Below are positions 31,662-42,605 of a stretch of 64,000 bases of DNA, piece after piece (positions within the stretch are counted from its first letter, which is position 1; each line of letters begins with the position of its first letter). The notes under the pieces are model-generated. The model was not told where the DNA came from. It searched no databases and saw only the letters and a program-made list of their open reading frames with translations. Location: positions 8,693 to 72,692 of the forward strand of contig CAVVNC010000032.1 of the NCBI GenBank assembly GCA_963749525.1, read 5' to 3'. Both the position numbers and the translations under genes were made by a program. The DNA is from an uncultured delta proteobacterium (GTDB lineage: Bacteria > Desulfobacterota > Syntrophorhabdia > Syntrophorhabdales > WCHB1-27).

Positions 31662-31979
31662 ATGTCAGTATTGGCGGAATTGACAATGTTTCCGACGGAC
31701 AAGGGCGAGAGCGTGAGCGCCTACGTGAGCAGGATCATCGCCATGATCGACGACCGCGGGCTCGATTATCGCCTCACGCCCATGGGCACGATAATGGAGT
31801 TCGCGAGACTCGACGAGGCGCTCAAGGTAGTGGCCGACGCCTATGCCCTCCTGGAGCCTGATTGCGCCAGGGTCTATGCGACCGTGAAGCTTGACATCCG
31901 CAAAGGGAAAGAGGGAAGGCTCGCGCAGAAAATCGAATCGGTGGAGAAAAGGCTGGGCAAAAAAGCGCGGAGCGATTAA
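31662..31979 (+). CDS. MTH1187/YkoF-family thiamine-binding protein (DUF77)
   Basis: 105 aa. E.TMFPTDKGESVSAYV...ID..GLDY.LTPMGT..E pattern. Confidence 0.8.
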   Translation: MSVLAELTMFPTDKGESVSAYVSRIIAMIDDRGLDYRLTPMGTIMEFARLDEALKVVADAYALLEPDCARVYATVKLDIRKGKEGRLAQKIESVEKRLGKKARSD

Positions 31980-32048
31980 TGGGGTTCAGCACCCCCTCCA
32001 GCAGCGAAGCCGCTGGAGCCTCCCCGCTCAGCCTCGCTTCGCTCGTTA
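31975..32048 (+). repeat. REP-2 copy 2
   Basis: ATTAATGGGGTTCAGCACCCCCTCCAGCAGCGAAGCCGCTGGAGCCTCCCCGCTCAGCCTCGC... Compensatory changes keep the hairpin (CTCCAGCAGC/GCCGCTGGAG). Confidence 0.8.
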
Positions 32049-32231
32049 TGTCAATCTTGTAATGTCGCCCAGGTTTGGTCCTGCCAACATAAGTTTGAGC
32101 TGTTCAAAGACTCAAGGAGCGTACCGGAGTCCTTTTCCCTCACCCGGCAGGCGGTCCCGTCCTTACCTCGTGCGTGCTCGGGCTGCGCCTACCCCGACTA
32201 CGTCGAGTCGACGTCAGGCGCTTGGGCGGCG

Positions 32232-33308
32232 CTAGTCCGCCTTTGCCTCCCTTATGGTCGCCCCTCCGAGCACCCTGGTTCCGTCGTAGAGCACGACGGA
32301 CTGCCCCGGAGTAACCGACGAGACCGGCTCATGGAAGAGGACCTCAAGGAGCCCCCCCTTGACGGCATAGGCGCATGCCTCCTCTCTGGCGGTAGCGGAC
32401 CTTTGCCCGCGCCTCGCCTGCCGATGCGGAGGAGAGCATGTTCACGTCGTCGGCGAGGAGCCTCTTCCTAAAGAGCTCCTCTTTTGCCCCCACGGTTATC
32501 ACATTGTCCCGGGTATTGATGTCGATCACGTAGAGGGCACCCTTGGAAGGTATGTTGATGCCCCTTCTCTGTCCGATGGTGTAGAGGTGGACCCCCTCAT
32601 GAAGGCCTATGAGATTGCCCTCTGTGGTGACGATAGGACCTCTTTTCAAAGGAATGAACTGACCCACAAAGCCCCTGTAGTCGTTTCCGGGGATGAAACA
32701 GATGTCCTGGCTTTCCGGGGTTTCCTGGCTGTCCGCGCCTATGGCGCCGATTTCTCTGCGCACCTCCTCCTTGGTAAGGTCGGCAAGGGGGAAGGTGATC
32801 ATTCCGAGGTCGCCTCGCCGGATGGGTAGAGGAAATACGACTGGTCCTTCGCCCTGTCCCTGCCCTTTCTCAGCTCCATTCCATGCGAAGTCTGCGTAGT
32901 GGAGGCGTAGTGGCCGGTCGCCACGAGATCAGCCTCCATGGCTTCCGCCTTCCGGAGGAACGAAGCAAACTTGATGTGCCTGTTGCAGAGGACACAGGGG
33001 TTCGGCGTTCGCCCGGCCCTGTATTCGTCAACGAACCGCTCTATCACGTGGCGCTCGAAGTCTTCCCTCATGTTCATCACATAGTGTGGAATGGAGAGAC
33101 TCTCGGCCACCGTTCTCGCCCTTCCGGTGTTCACGGCTGAACAGCACATTTTCGGGTTGCATCTGTTCCGAAGGCTCTTCGGCAGGAGATCGAAAGTAAA
33201 TCCGATCACCCTGTACCCTCTTTTCTTGAGAAGATAGGCGGAGTAGGAGCTGTCGATACCGCCGCTCATGGCGACGAACACGGTCTTCACTGAAAGGGAA
33301 TATAGCAC
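32232..33308 (-). CDS. mnmA: tRNA 2-thiouridine(34) synthase (two 1-nt frameshifts near 32825 and 32386)
   Basis: PP-loop VAMSGGIDSS, NPCVLCN, KDQSYFLY. Continues ...ITFPLADLTKEEVR... (ORF 32344..32802) and ...EEACAYAVKGGLLEVLFHEPVSSVTPGQSVVLYDG...EAKAD* (TAG at 32232-32234). Confidence 0.85.
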
Positions 33309-33382
33309 GCCCGAACCCTAATTGAAAGCGAGCGGAATTTGTAGTATTATCAGTAGTCTCACAAATTGTGGAGGGCAAGTCC

Positions 33383-34710
33383 ATGGGTAAGAAGATGAAG
33401 GTTTTTCTGGGCGTCCTTTTGGCGGCGGTTTTTTTTCTTGGTTTTCTGGCCGGCGCCCAGGGAGACAAGACGGTTAAGAATGCTCAGGGCCAGGAGGCCT
33501 ATGAGTATCTGAAGACATACTCGGACGTGGTCGACATGGTCAAGAAGAACTACGTCGACAACGTCAAGGAGAAGGACCTGATTTACGCGAGCATAAAGGG
33601 CATGGTGGAGTCCCTCGATCCGCATTCTTCTTTTCTCACGCCGGATCTGTATAAGGATATGCAGACGGAGACCAAGGGGCAGTTCGGGGGAATAGGCATA
33701 GAGATAACCATCAAGGACGGGTTTCCGACGGTGATCACCGCCATCGAAGACACCCCTGCCTTCAAAGCCGGCCTGAAATCGGACGACCACATCATCAAGA
33801 TCGACAATAAGCCTACCAAGAACATGAGCATCGTGGACGTGGTCAAGCTCATCAGAGGGGATAAGGGCAAGAGCGTGATGCTCTCAATCATGAGGGAAGG
33901 CTTCAGCGTCCCCAAAGACTACCAGGTGATGCGCGAGATCATTACGGTCAAGAGCGTCAAGTACAGGATGCTCGACGACAACTACGGCTACGTCCGGCTG
34001 ACCCAGTTTCAGGAAAGGACAGGCAAGGATCTTGACGCCGCGATCAAGGATCTCCAGAAAACCGCCAAGGGCGGGCTGAAGGGCATCCTTTTGGACCTGA
34101 GGAACAACCCGGGAGGCCTTCTCGACCAGGCTGTCGATGTCTCCGATGAATTTATGGGCGAGGGTCTCATTACGTACATAGAGGGGAAGAAGCCGGACCA
34201 GAGGGTGACGTTCAACGCCCACAAGAAGGATGATTACACGGGGCCCCTCGTGGTGCTCGTCAACGAGGGCAGCGCGAGCGCTTCCGAGATCGTGGCCGGA
34301 GCGCTGCAGGACTCGAAAAGGGCTATCGTAGTGGGCACCAAGACGTTCGGCAAGGGATCTGTCCAGACCGTCATACCCCTTGGCGACGGCTCTGCGCTGC
34401 GCCTTACCACGGCGCGCTACTACACGCCCAGCGGACGCTCTATCCAGGCGGAGGGCATCACCCCCGACATAGTGGTCGAGGATGACCTGACGAGGAAAAA
34501 GGGCGACAAGTTTGCCGCTGTAAAGAGAAGGACCTTGAGAGACACCTCGAAGGGAATAACAAGCCTGTGGAGAAAAAGCCGGACGAGAAGAAGCCTGAGC
34601 TGAACACCTCGGTCCTCAATCAGGATCAGGTGAAGAGCGATGAAGACGATTTCCAGCTGGCCATGGCGCGCCAGGTATTGAAGAGCTGGAACGCCCTCAG
34701 GGGAAAATAG
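33383..34710 (+). CDS. S41 carboxy-terminal processing peptidase (1-nt deletion near 34523)
   Basis: Signal peptide, PDZ (GGIGIEI...), DLRNNPGGLL, GSASASEIVAGALQD, GKGSVQ. The tail ...KEKDLERHLEGNNKPVEKKPDEKK...LKSWNALRGK* is in another frame and ends at TAG 34708-34710. Confidence 0.9.
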
Positions 34711-34742
34711 GCCGCAAGAGCTGAAAGCGCGATCGACGACGA

Positions 34743-34770
34743 GGGGAGGCCAAAAGCCTCCCCTTTTTTT
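34743..34770 (+). terminator. rho-independent terminator of the S41 peptidase gene
   Basis: GGGGAGGC-CAAAA-GCCTCCCC followed by T7. Confidence 0.8.
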
Positions 34771-34789
34771 GCTCACGGGCTTCCGTTTC

Positions 34790-34880
34790 GAGCGTTCCGC
34801 AGCGTACCGATTTTTTTTTTTTTTTTTTTTAGGAAAAGATGGAGGCGGCTGGTAAGCGGGAATGAACTCTGCAAGACGCT
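34790..34880 (+). repeat. MITE-1 copy D, degenerate, left arm replaced by a T20 tract (34811-34830)
   Basis: GAGCGTTCCGCAG..., then T20, then AGGAAAAGATGGAGGCGGCTGGTAAGCGGGAATGAACTCTGCAAGACGCT aligns to the right arm of the family. Confidence 0.7.
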
Positions 34881-34903
34881 CAGTTCTCTTCGAAGCGCGG
34901 GAA

Positions 34904-35514
34904 TTACCGAGTCCGCCACAAAGCGGCAGAATGCCGCCCCAAGTCCCTGATATGGGCTACAATGTCTGCCTCGCTCTCATGGTCGGGCGTATCGCTCACG
35001 AACTTGAAGAGCACGCATGGTGTGGCCAGCTTGCGCGCGGCCTGAACGACTGCCGCCCCCTCCATGTCTACAAGGTCCGCATGGGGCTCGATGACCTCCC
35101 TCGGGCTCCTGTCGATGACCGGTCTGTCCTGGGTCGCGAGCACCGCTTCGCGGAATCCCGGCAGCACGCGCGGAAAATGGAGATGAGGGTCCTCCGAAGA
35201 CATAAGGGGGCGGTCCCATTCTACGACCTTCGTGACGTGGAATACGTCGCCCAATCCGTGTGAGGCCTTCGTGGACCCGGCAGCCCCAAGGTTGACGATC
35301 CACTGGGGATGAAAGGCGAAGCAGCAATAGGTCAGCTATGGCGGCGTTGGCCTTGCCTATGCCCGAGATCACAAGCACGATCCCATCGCCCTTGTAGACG
35401 GGAAGGCCGGTCTCCCCGCTTGCTTCAAGGCCCAAGACCTCGATAAAAGGACCAGCCTAGGCGCGTTGCAAGAATGAGGCCGATCAGGGGAACTCTCTCC
35501 ATTTTCGTCTTCAT
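34904..35514 (-). pseudogene. MTA/SAH nucleosidase-family (PNP_UDP_1; Pfs/MqnB-like) gene with at least 2 single-base insertions
   Basis: MKTKMERVPLIGLILATRLAGPFIEVLGLEAS...VLVISGIGKANAAIA / TYCCFAFHPQWIVNLGAAGS...VDMEGAAVVQAA...LFKFVSD is recovered only after removing bases in CTA[G]GCT and GCT[G]ACC. Confidence 0.5.
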
Positions 35515-35679
35515 CTCCTCATGGCACGCTGTCGCCTCTACCCCCCTTCCTTTGCAGGGAGACGCGCGTGCGACAAGAGCTTAGCCCGGATGGGGAAGGG
35601 AAACAAGGGCCGAAAAAGATATAGACTATAGGGGGGAAACGGGAGGGGCCTCTCCCTTGCCATCCGCGCTAAACGACCC

Positions 35680-37238
35680 ATGGAGACCGACCCCCTTCTC
35701 ATAGCCTTTCTCTTGAACCCGGAGAGCTATCCGGAGAAGCCCCAAGGCATTGTCTATCATGAGACGCATATCTCCCACGTCTTCGTCGGCGGGACAATGG
35801 TATACAAGGTCAAGAAGCCGGTGGACTTCGGGTTCCTCGATTTCACCACCCTCCAGAGGCGGAGGTTCGACTGCGCCGAAGAAGTGCGGCTCAATTCGCG
35901 CCTGGCTCCCGGCATCTATCTCGGCGTCGCCCCCATCTACGGAAAGGGGGGCGCATACTCGTTCCGGAAGGCGCGAGGATGGGTGATCGTCGAGTATGCG
36001 GTCAAGATGCAGCGCATACCGGAAGAGAGGCTTCTTTCCCAAATCATAGAGGAGGGTAAGCTCGCCTATGGCGGCCTGGACGAGGTAGGCTCGATGCTTG
36101 CCCGTTTTCACGGAAGGGCGAGGGCCCACAGGCACGATCCCTTCGGCACCGTCGAACCCATCCGGACAAACACGGAAAAACAACTTCGCTCAAATCTTGG
36201 CTCACCGGGGCATCCGGTAGATCAAGATACCTATGAAAGCCTCGCATCCTATACGAGAACCTTTATCAACGATCGCGGGGGGGCCTTCCCCCAGAGAAAA
36301 GAGGGGGGATTCGTCAGGGAAGGCCACGGGTACTCCCATTCCGGGCACGTGTGCCTCATTGATCCTCCGATAATCATGGACTGCATCGAGTTCAATAAGC
36401 GGTTCAGGATAGCCGATGTCCTGGAAGACATGGCGTTTCTTTTCATGGACATGGAGTACAGGGGGAAGTTCGATCTCTCCGCCGCGGCATGCCGCGCATA
36501 CTTTTCCCACACTGTTAGGCAGCAGGCCGCCCCCGGGCTCGTCACGTTCTACAAGGTCTATCGCGCCATCGTCAGGGGCAAGATAGAAGGCTTTACCGCG
36601 GACGCCATCCACGACGAGGCGAAAAGGCGCGCGGCCTCAAGGGGCAGGGAGTACTTCCTGCTCGCCCGATACTAACGGAGCAGCTCCAAACAGCCTTCAA
36701 TCCGGTGGTATTCATGGGGGTCTCGGGCTCCGGTAAGTCCGCCATTGCCGAGGGACTGATCCCGGACGGCGTCGTGGTCAGATCGGACCTGGTGCGCAAA
36801 GAGATGGCAGGGGGCAGCCACACAAACATGTATACGTGGGCTACGAAGAGGAGATCTACGCCGACGACATGACGCAGAGGACGTACCGGGTCCTCACCCA
36901 AGCCGCCGTGGATTCTGCCCTGCGCGACAGCAGGGTGGTCGTGGACGCGACCTTCCTCGCCCGTTCTCTAGGAGCCGGATTCTACGAGGCGTGCCTCGGG
37001 GCGGGCCTGAATCCGTTCTTCATCCATTGCTTTGCCGAGGGAAAGAGGTATTAAGGGAAAGGGTGAGGGTGAGAACGGCTCAAGGAACGGACATCTCCGA
37101 CGCCCACGTTTCCGTCCTCGAACAACAGCTTCGCGCGCGCGATGAGCCGGACGAGCTGCCCTTTTCAGGGTCCTCAGGCTCAACACAGGGCGAGACACGG
37201 TTGAACACATACAAAAGGCGTTGCGGATGTTTCTGTAA
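35680..37238 (+). CDS. bifunctional aminoglycoside-phosphotransferase-like / P-loop (AAA-type) ATP-binding protein (at least 3 frameshifts)
   Basis: ETHISHVFVGG.MVYKVKKPV.FGFLDF..L..R...C..E..LN, IMDCIEFNKRFRIADVLEDMAFLFMD. After 36670 it continues in other frames: NPVVFMGVSGSGKSAIAE (Walker A)...VVVDATFL.... Confidence 0.6.
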
Positions 37239-37324
37239 GGGACGCCCCAGCCTCCCTTCGCGACGACCATCCGTGCTAATATATTGGACCAACGCTAAAA
37301 AAAGAGGGGGTGCTTTCCTAAGAA

Positions 37325-38706
37325 GTGACCGAGGTCGGCAGCGAGCATTCATTGATTGTGATCGATATTGCCCTTCCCTCCGGCTTCGGCGTGGCCCGGC
37401 TGGGGGAGATGGTGGTCTTCATCCCGGGCGGCCTGCCCGGGGATACGATTCGGCCAGGATGGTGGAGCTTGGAGAAGCGCTTCGCCTACGGTGAGGTGCG
37501 CCGGGTCGAGGAGGCTTCCCCCTTTTCGCGCCGATGCGCAATGCCCCCACCTCGGAGAGTGCGGCGGCTGTGAGCTCCGAGGCAAGCCGCCTTTACGAAA
37601 AGCAGATCGAGATCAAGGAGAACCACCTGCGGCAGGTCCTGAAAAGGATAGGAGGCCCTGAGATAGAGCAGGTTCCGATCTCCCCAATGGTGCCCTCCGT
37701 CGACATTGTTCACTATAGAAGCAAGATAGAGTTCACCTTCGGGGAGTCCGGGACGGGATCGTCGTGGGCATGGTAGAGAGGCTCACCCCCCTTCGCCCCT
37801 TCATCGGCCGAGTAATCCCTGTCGACGATTGCCTTCTTTTCAGCCCTGTTGCGGCAAGGATAGTCCCGGTGATCCGCGATTTCGCGGCAAAATCGGGACT
37901 CAGGGCGCACGACCCGAATACAGGAAAAGGAAGCCTGAGAAGGCTCGTGATCCGGGAAGGCAAGGGGACGGGAAAGGTAATGGTCAACGTCATCGCCGCG
38001 AACGACATATCGGGCCAGTGGGGCCCTTGTCGAAGGCGCTGCCCGAGGCAGTGGCAGAGCTCAAAAGCCTTTATGCGGGAAGCAGCCATAACCCGAGGCT
38101 GCTCTGGGGAAGGCCTTACATCCAGGAGATCCTTGACGATTTATCGTTAAGGGTCTACCCCTTTTCTTTTTTCAGCCGAACCCGAAGACTGCGGAAGTCC
38201 TTTACAGCCGCATGAGGGCCGCATCAGAGATACAAGGAGATGAGCGTGTTCTCGGCCTCTATTGCGGCGCGGGAGCGATCGAGCTTTTCTTGGCGCGTCA
38301 CGTGAAAGAGGCGTGGGGCATCGATTCGAGCGCCGATAGTATCGCATGCGCGAGGGAGAACGCTGTTCTCAATGATCTGAAGAACGTGCGCTTCACTAGG
38401 GACAGGGTTGAAGCGGCTATCGGCCGCAAGGAAGGCGGAAAGGCGGACCTCGTCGTGATGGACCCGCCCAGGAGCGGGCTGAGCAGGGAAGCCCTGAAAG
38501 CGGTCCTGAGGGCGGGGGTCAAGAAGGTGGTCTATGTCTCGTGCAACCCCTCGACGCTCGCCAGGGACCTGAAAGATCTGAAAAAGCTCTACGATCCGAA
38601 AGAGATCATCCCTTTCGATTTCTTCCCCCATACCAGCCATTTCGAGGTGCTCGCAATCCTGGAGAAACGGGCTCACCCTTTCCATGCGGTCCCTGATCGG
38701 TCATAA
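37325..38706 (+). CDS. rlmD: TRAM-domain 23S rRNA (uracil-5)-methyltransferase, RlmD/RumA family (at least 5 frame switches)
   Basis: Six overlapping ORF fragments in alternating frames: TRAM (VVFIPGGLPGDTI), CPHLGECGGC cluster, YRSKIEFTF, FFQPNP, VLGLYCGAGAIELFLA, VVMDPPRSGL, YVSCNPSTLARDL, FDFFPHTSHFE. Confidence 0.75.
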
Positions 38707-38741
38707 TAAGGGAAACGTCAAAACAGAAGGGAGATCTCTCT

Positions 38742-39133
38742 ATGGACGAAGAAATCAGAAAAGAACTCAGGAAACTGCAAACAAGCTTTTCGCGAAGGGG
38801 ATCAAGATGGAACCCTCTTATAGGATATGGAAGGAGTTCGACCGGGAACTTGCGAACGACTTTTCCATGTTTATTACGGGGAACCTCTATTCAAGGACTG
38901 TGCTGACCCTTCCTGAGAGGCAGATGGCTGCATGCGCCATGCTGGCAGCCTTAGGGGCCACAGAGGAGCTGCGCCTCCATGTGAACGCCGCCCTCAATGT
39001 CGGCTGCGATCCGCGAAAGCTCACGGAGGTCTTCTTTCAGCTCGCCACCTACGGAGGCATGCCCAAGGTTAACGAGGCGTTGAAAGTATACCGGGAAGTG
39101 CTCAAGGAAAGAGGCGAATGGCCCATGACGTAA
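38742..39133 (+). CDS. carboxymuconolactone decarboxylase family protein (possible frameshift near 38780)
   Basis: ATG at 38742 after a GAAGGGAG RBS. The main frame (ORF 38684..39133) gives LPERQMAACAMLAALGATEELRLHVNAALNVGCDPRKLTEVFFQLATYGGMP. Confidence 0.7.
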
Positions 39134-39576
39134 ACCTGGCGAGGCCGGCAGACCCCGATGTCAGGAAGCGAGATGCCGACATAAATCGGAAAGAAAAAAG
39201 GTAAAAGACGCCGTCCCGGATAGGATTCTTTCTCGATCGACTTGCAGGAGCAAGGGTCCGATTCGATGAAACTGGTAAGGGCTTCGGGATGGGGTAAAAT
39301 CGCTTCGTAAGACATATCTGCTCTTCTTCGCAGCTTACCTGTTTTTGTGTATGGCCGGCGCCGTTTTCGACTACCACGAACCCGCAATGATGCGCGGCAC
39401 CCGACGTCCGAAAGGCTTACTGGCAGGCGATTCCTTCAGACGGACCGGCCGGACCTGCATGTATGCCGGAAGCCTTTTTTGCGCCCAAGGATCGGCCTGG
39501 CCTGCCCCTTCACATCGAGCCAACGCCGCAGGCTCGACGTGACCCCAAGCGGGCGCTTGGGCGCGGCAAGCCCGCC

Positions 39577-40716
39577 CTACTCGCTGCACCCGAGGAGTTG
39601 GTGCGCCTTTTCCAGCCAGTGCAGCATGGGCAGCTGCCTGGCGCACCGGCTCTCGCACGTGCCGCACTTCGTGCACGCCCCGGCATCGTGGCCTTCGTTC
39701 CGGTAGATGGATCGGCCTAAGGTAACGTCGCCATACATGAACGCGTCATTATAGATCTCGAAGATGCGCGGCACATCTATTCCCTGGGGACAGGGCATGC
39801 AGGCCCGGCAGGAGGGGCAGTTGACGGGCCTCAAGGTCCGGTAGGCCTCTCTGACCCGGCTCACGAGCACCTCCTCCTGCACGGTGAGACATTCCGGCTC
39901 CGCACGATCCGCGAGGGCAACGTCCTCGGCAACGTCGTCCATCGTGCTCATATCGCAGACCACGGTGGAGACCTCAGGAACGCTCCAGACAAACGTGAGG
40001 CCCCATTCAGCAAGGGTGCGTCTGCCGGCAGCGGTCGACCACAGGTCAGCGACTGACGGCGGCAGTCCCCGGGTGAGGCGGCCGTGGCGGAGGGCCTCGG
40101 AGACGACAACCGCCGGCCCCCTTTCAGCCGCGAGCTTGAGCCCGCTGACGCCGGGATCATGGGCTATGTCCATGTAGCTGTATTGGAACTGGCAGAGGGA
40201 CCACCCGTCATAGGCGTCGAGTATCTCCTTGAGCACATGATAATGGTCGTGAAAGGAGAAGCCGATCCCGCTGATCCGCCCGTCGGCCTTGGCCCGATCG
40301 GCAGCCTCGAGGACGCCCAGCTCGCGTAAAGCAGGCCAGTTGTCCCTGGTCAGCCTCCCCAGAAGGCAGAAATCGAGGCCATTGCCAATAAGCCGACGGA
40401 GGTCGGCATCGAGGCGTCGATCGAAGTCCTCCCGGGAGTTGATGAGACGGGCGGGGATGATTGACGTGATCCTGACCTTCTGGCGATACCCGTCCCGGAG
40501 GGCTAAGGAGAGCACCCTCATCCTCTCCTCGTGGGCCTCGTCCTGGTACGGATAACCGAGATCGATATAATTGACCCCGTGGTCGATCGCATAGCGGATC
40601 ATCGCGATGGAGGGGGCCTCGTCGATCCGGCCAGCCTTGAGCAGGGGCAGCCCCGCGAGGCCGAAGGCGAGGACCGACACTTCCCAATCCATGGTACCGA
40701 ACTTACGGTACTTCAT
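39577..40716 (-). CDS. aldo/keto reductase with C-terminal 4Fe-4S ferredoxin-type cysteine clusters
   Basis: 379-aa intact ORF. GVNYIDLGYPY, AKR barrel pattern, C-terminal CPSCRACMPCPQG and CTKCGTCESRC. Confidence 0.8.
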   Translation of the reverse strand: MKYRKFGTMDWEVSVLAFGLAGLPLLKAGRIDEAPSIAMIRYAIDHGVNYIDLGYPYQDEAHEERMRVLSLALRDGYRQKVRITSIIPARLINSREDFDRRLDADLRRLIGNGLDFCLLGRLTRDNWPALRELGVLEAADRAKADGRISGIGFSFHDHYHVLKEILDAYDGWSLCQFQYSYMDIAHDPGVSGLKLAAERGPAVVVSEALRHGRLTRGLPPSVADLWSTAAGRRTLAEWGLTFVWSVPEVSTVVCDMSTMDDVAEDVALADRAEPECLTVQEEVLVSRVREAYRTLRPVNCPSCRACMPCPQGIDVPRIFEIYNDAFMYGDVTLGRSIYRNEGHDAGACTKCGTCESRCARQLPMLHWLEKAHQLLGCSE

Positions 40717-40827
40717 CCAGCGTGCTCCTTCCCCTTATCCCGTGAAAACAAGACGGTCGTGAGCCTTTAGCCCTCAGCATAAGGGGAAAGGCTCACGATC
40801 CTATTCCATGGGCAAGGGGATTATTGT

Positions 40828-41769
40828 TTAAGCTTCCACCCAGGGAGAGTCGTGCTCGCCGCTCAGGCAGATAACGAAAAAGCCGTAGGGCTTGTCCACC
40901 CACCTCGTAACCAGCGGGAGATGAGGGAACCCCTGGGGGCAGAGCACGACCGTCGGCTTGTTGTAGACGTGTCGCTCGTAGTCTTTGCCCAGGCCCAACT
41001 CCAATTCGGCGCCGAGGTAATTGATGTCATTCGGATCGAGTCCGACAAAGCAGAGTATCTCCGCTTCCGGGTGGGTGTGCGCCTCTCCACCCCGGTGCCA
41101 CTTGCCGCACTTGCTGTAGAGTCCCCAGGTGAAGTTGACGTCCATGCCCTCGAGGTTCTTTCCGAAGAGCCAAACGATCTGGTCGCCGTTCCCGGGGCCT
41201 ATGCCCCGCTCTGAAGGCCTCATGATGCCGTTCTCGTCAACGACCCGCTCATATCCCATTCCGCTGCCGTCGGTCTTGGGCTCGATCATAGTCCTAAGGT
41301 GCTTGATGAGGTGTGCGTGCTTCGTACCCGTTGAAGCCGCTCCTTTCGGAAGGGAGGATGCCTTGTACTCGGGGGCAAGGCCGATAGAATAGTGGATAAA
41401 GGGCGTACTTACCTTGTTCACGGTTACCGGGCCGTGGGGCGTTCCCCTGGGGATGAGGACGAGCGAAGGCCTGTCGAAGACGTGCTTCTCCCGCTCCTCG
41501 CCGAGCTCGACGGAAATTTCCGCGCCCAGGTGCATTATGTCGTTGTTGGCAAACCCCCCGAAGACCAGGATCTCATCATAGGGGTGCACCACGGCCCCTT
41601 CGACCGGATGGAATACAGTCGGCTTCGTGACGAAACCGAACGAGAAGTGCGCGTTGAACCCCTCCAGGTCCTTGGCTTCCATCCAGACGCGGGGCTCGTC
41701 ATAGAGCCCGTCGGGCGCACTCCTGACAAGCATCGGTTTTACGAGATGTCCATATTCTTTCTTTGCCAT
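40828..41769 (-). CDS. hypothetical bicupin-like protein (internal duplication)
   Basis: 313 aa. The two halves align: VVHPYDEILVFGGFANNDIMHLGAEISVELGEEREKHVFDRPSLVLIPRGTPHGP versus HTHPEAEILCFVGLDPNDINYLGAELELGLGKDYERHVYNKPTVVLCPQGFPHLP. Confidence 0.4.
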   Translation of the reverse strand: MAKKEYGHLVKPMLVRSAPDGLYDEPRVWMEAKDLEGFNAHFSFGFVTKPTVFHPVEGAVVHPYDEILVFGGFANNDIMHLGAEISVELGEEREKHVFDRPSLVLIPRGTPHGPVTVNKVSTPFIHYSIGLAPEYKASSLPKGAASTGTKHAHLIKHLRTMIEPKTDGSGMGYERVVDENGIMRPSERGIGPGNGDQIVWLFGKNLEGMDVNFTWGLYSKCGKWHRGGEAHTHPEAEILCFVGLDPNDINYLGAELELGLGKDYERHVYNKPTVVLCPQGFPHLPLVTRWVDKPYGFFVICLSGEHDSPWVEA

Positions 41770-42537
41770 TTCAGATACCTCCTCGTTTCACTATGTTTGA
41801 CCTATCCGGGTCTCCGCGAGACCTAAGAGGGTCTTGCCGATTTTCGCTTGCATAAAAAGCATACCACTCTATTCGCTCTCGTGCACTCTTAGGATGCGAG
41901 TGGCCTGTCAGGTGTGATGTGGCTGGGACGGGCAAGGCCGAATCGGTGGTGAGGGTGAAAAGACTTGGGGCCGACATGCAGGTCCGGACCTCACGGGCTA
42001 CTGGATCGGCGACCTGCAGTATACCAGGCGGGAGGGCCGCCTCCAGATTTTGAAAACACAGGGTGGTCTTTATTGGGGCTCCTTGCCGTACGATTCAATT
42101 GTCAAAGAGCGAAAAGCCAACCGGCTATGTTAAGGGAGGCGGGTGAGCCCTATGGATGGACGCGCCGCTCTCTCATCAGTTGACGAAAGTGGACGTTTCT
42201 TGATTCTCGAAAATCACTCCTTCCTCCATATTGCGGCATAAACAGGGGAAAACGGAGAATGTGCCTCCCCTTCCCGCGTCTCCCGACACGCGTGCCGTAT
42301 GTTCGTCTTTCCCAGTGATATCAAGGGACGGAAGCCTCATGCCACCCTCCTGAAAAAGTTGACGAAAGTGGACGAAAGTTGACTCTGACCCGCGTTTACC
42401 TGTATCCGCCCTGACCTTTCGCCGGCGTTTCGAGTGAAGGCCCGCCGATGAAAAACCTCTTCCCGCAATGACCTTACTACTGATCAATCGGATCCTTCCC
42501 CATCATGGAAAGAGTTTCTCACCTTACGGAAGGGGTG

Positions 42538-42605
42538 TCAAAGTAGCGTATGGAAAGTAGCGTATGAAGGTAGCGTATGGAAAGTAGCGTATGGAAAGTA
42601 GCGCA
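42538..42605 (+). repeat. tandem array, 5 units of 14 bp (GGAAAGTAGCGTAT; one 13-bp unit)
   Basis: tcAAAGTAGCGTAT GGAAAGTAGCGTAT GAAGGTAGCGTAT GGAAAGTAGCGTAT GGAAAGTAGCGca, read directly. Confidence 0.9.

Noticed and set aside
41965-42487. ORFs 41965..42183 (+) and 42176..42487 (-) in the repeat tract
   Set aside because: There is no recognisable family. The recurring peptide STFV(H/N) merely reflects the GACGAAAGT DNA repeat. I treated the region as non-coding or decayed.
42538-42605. Tandem repeat array as a CRISPR array
   Set aside because: The units are 14 bp and directly abutting, with no spacers. There are no cas genes in the window.
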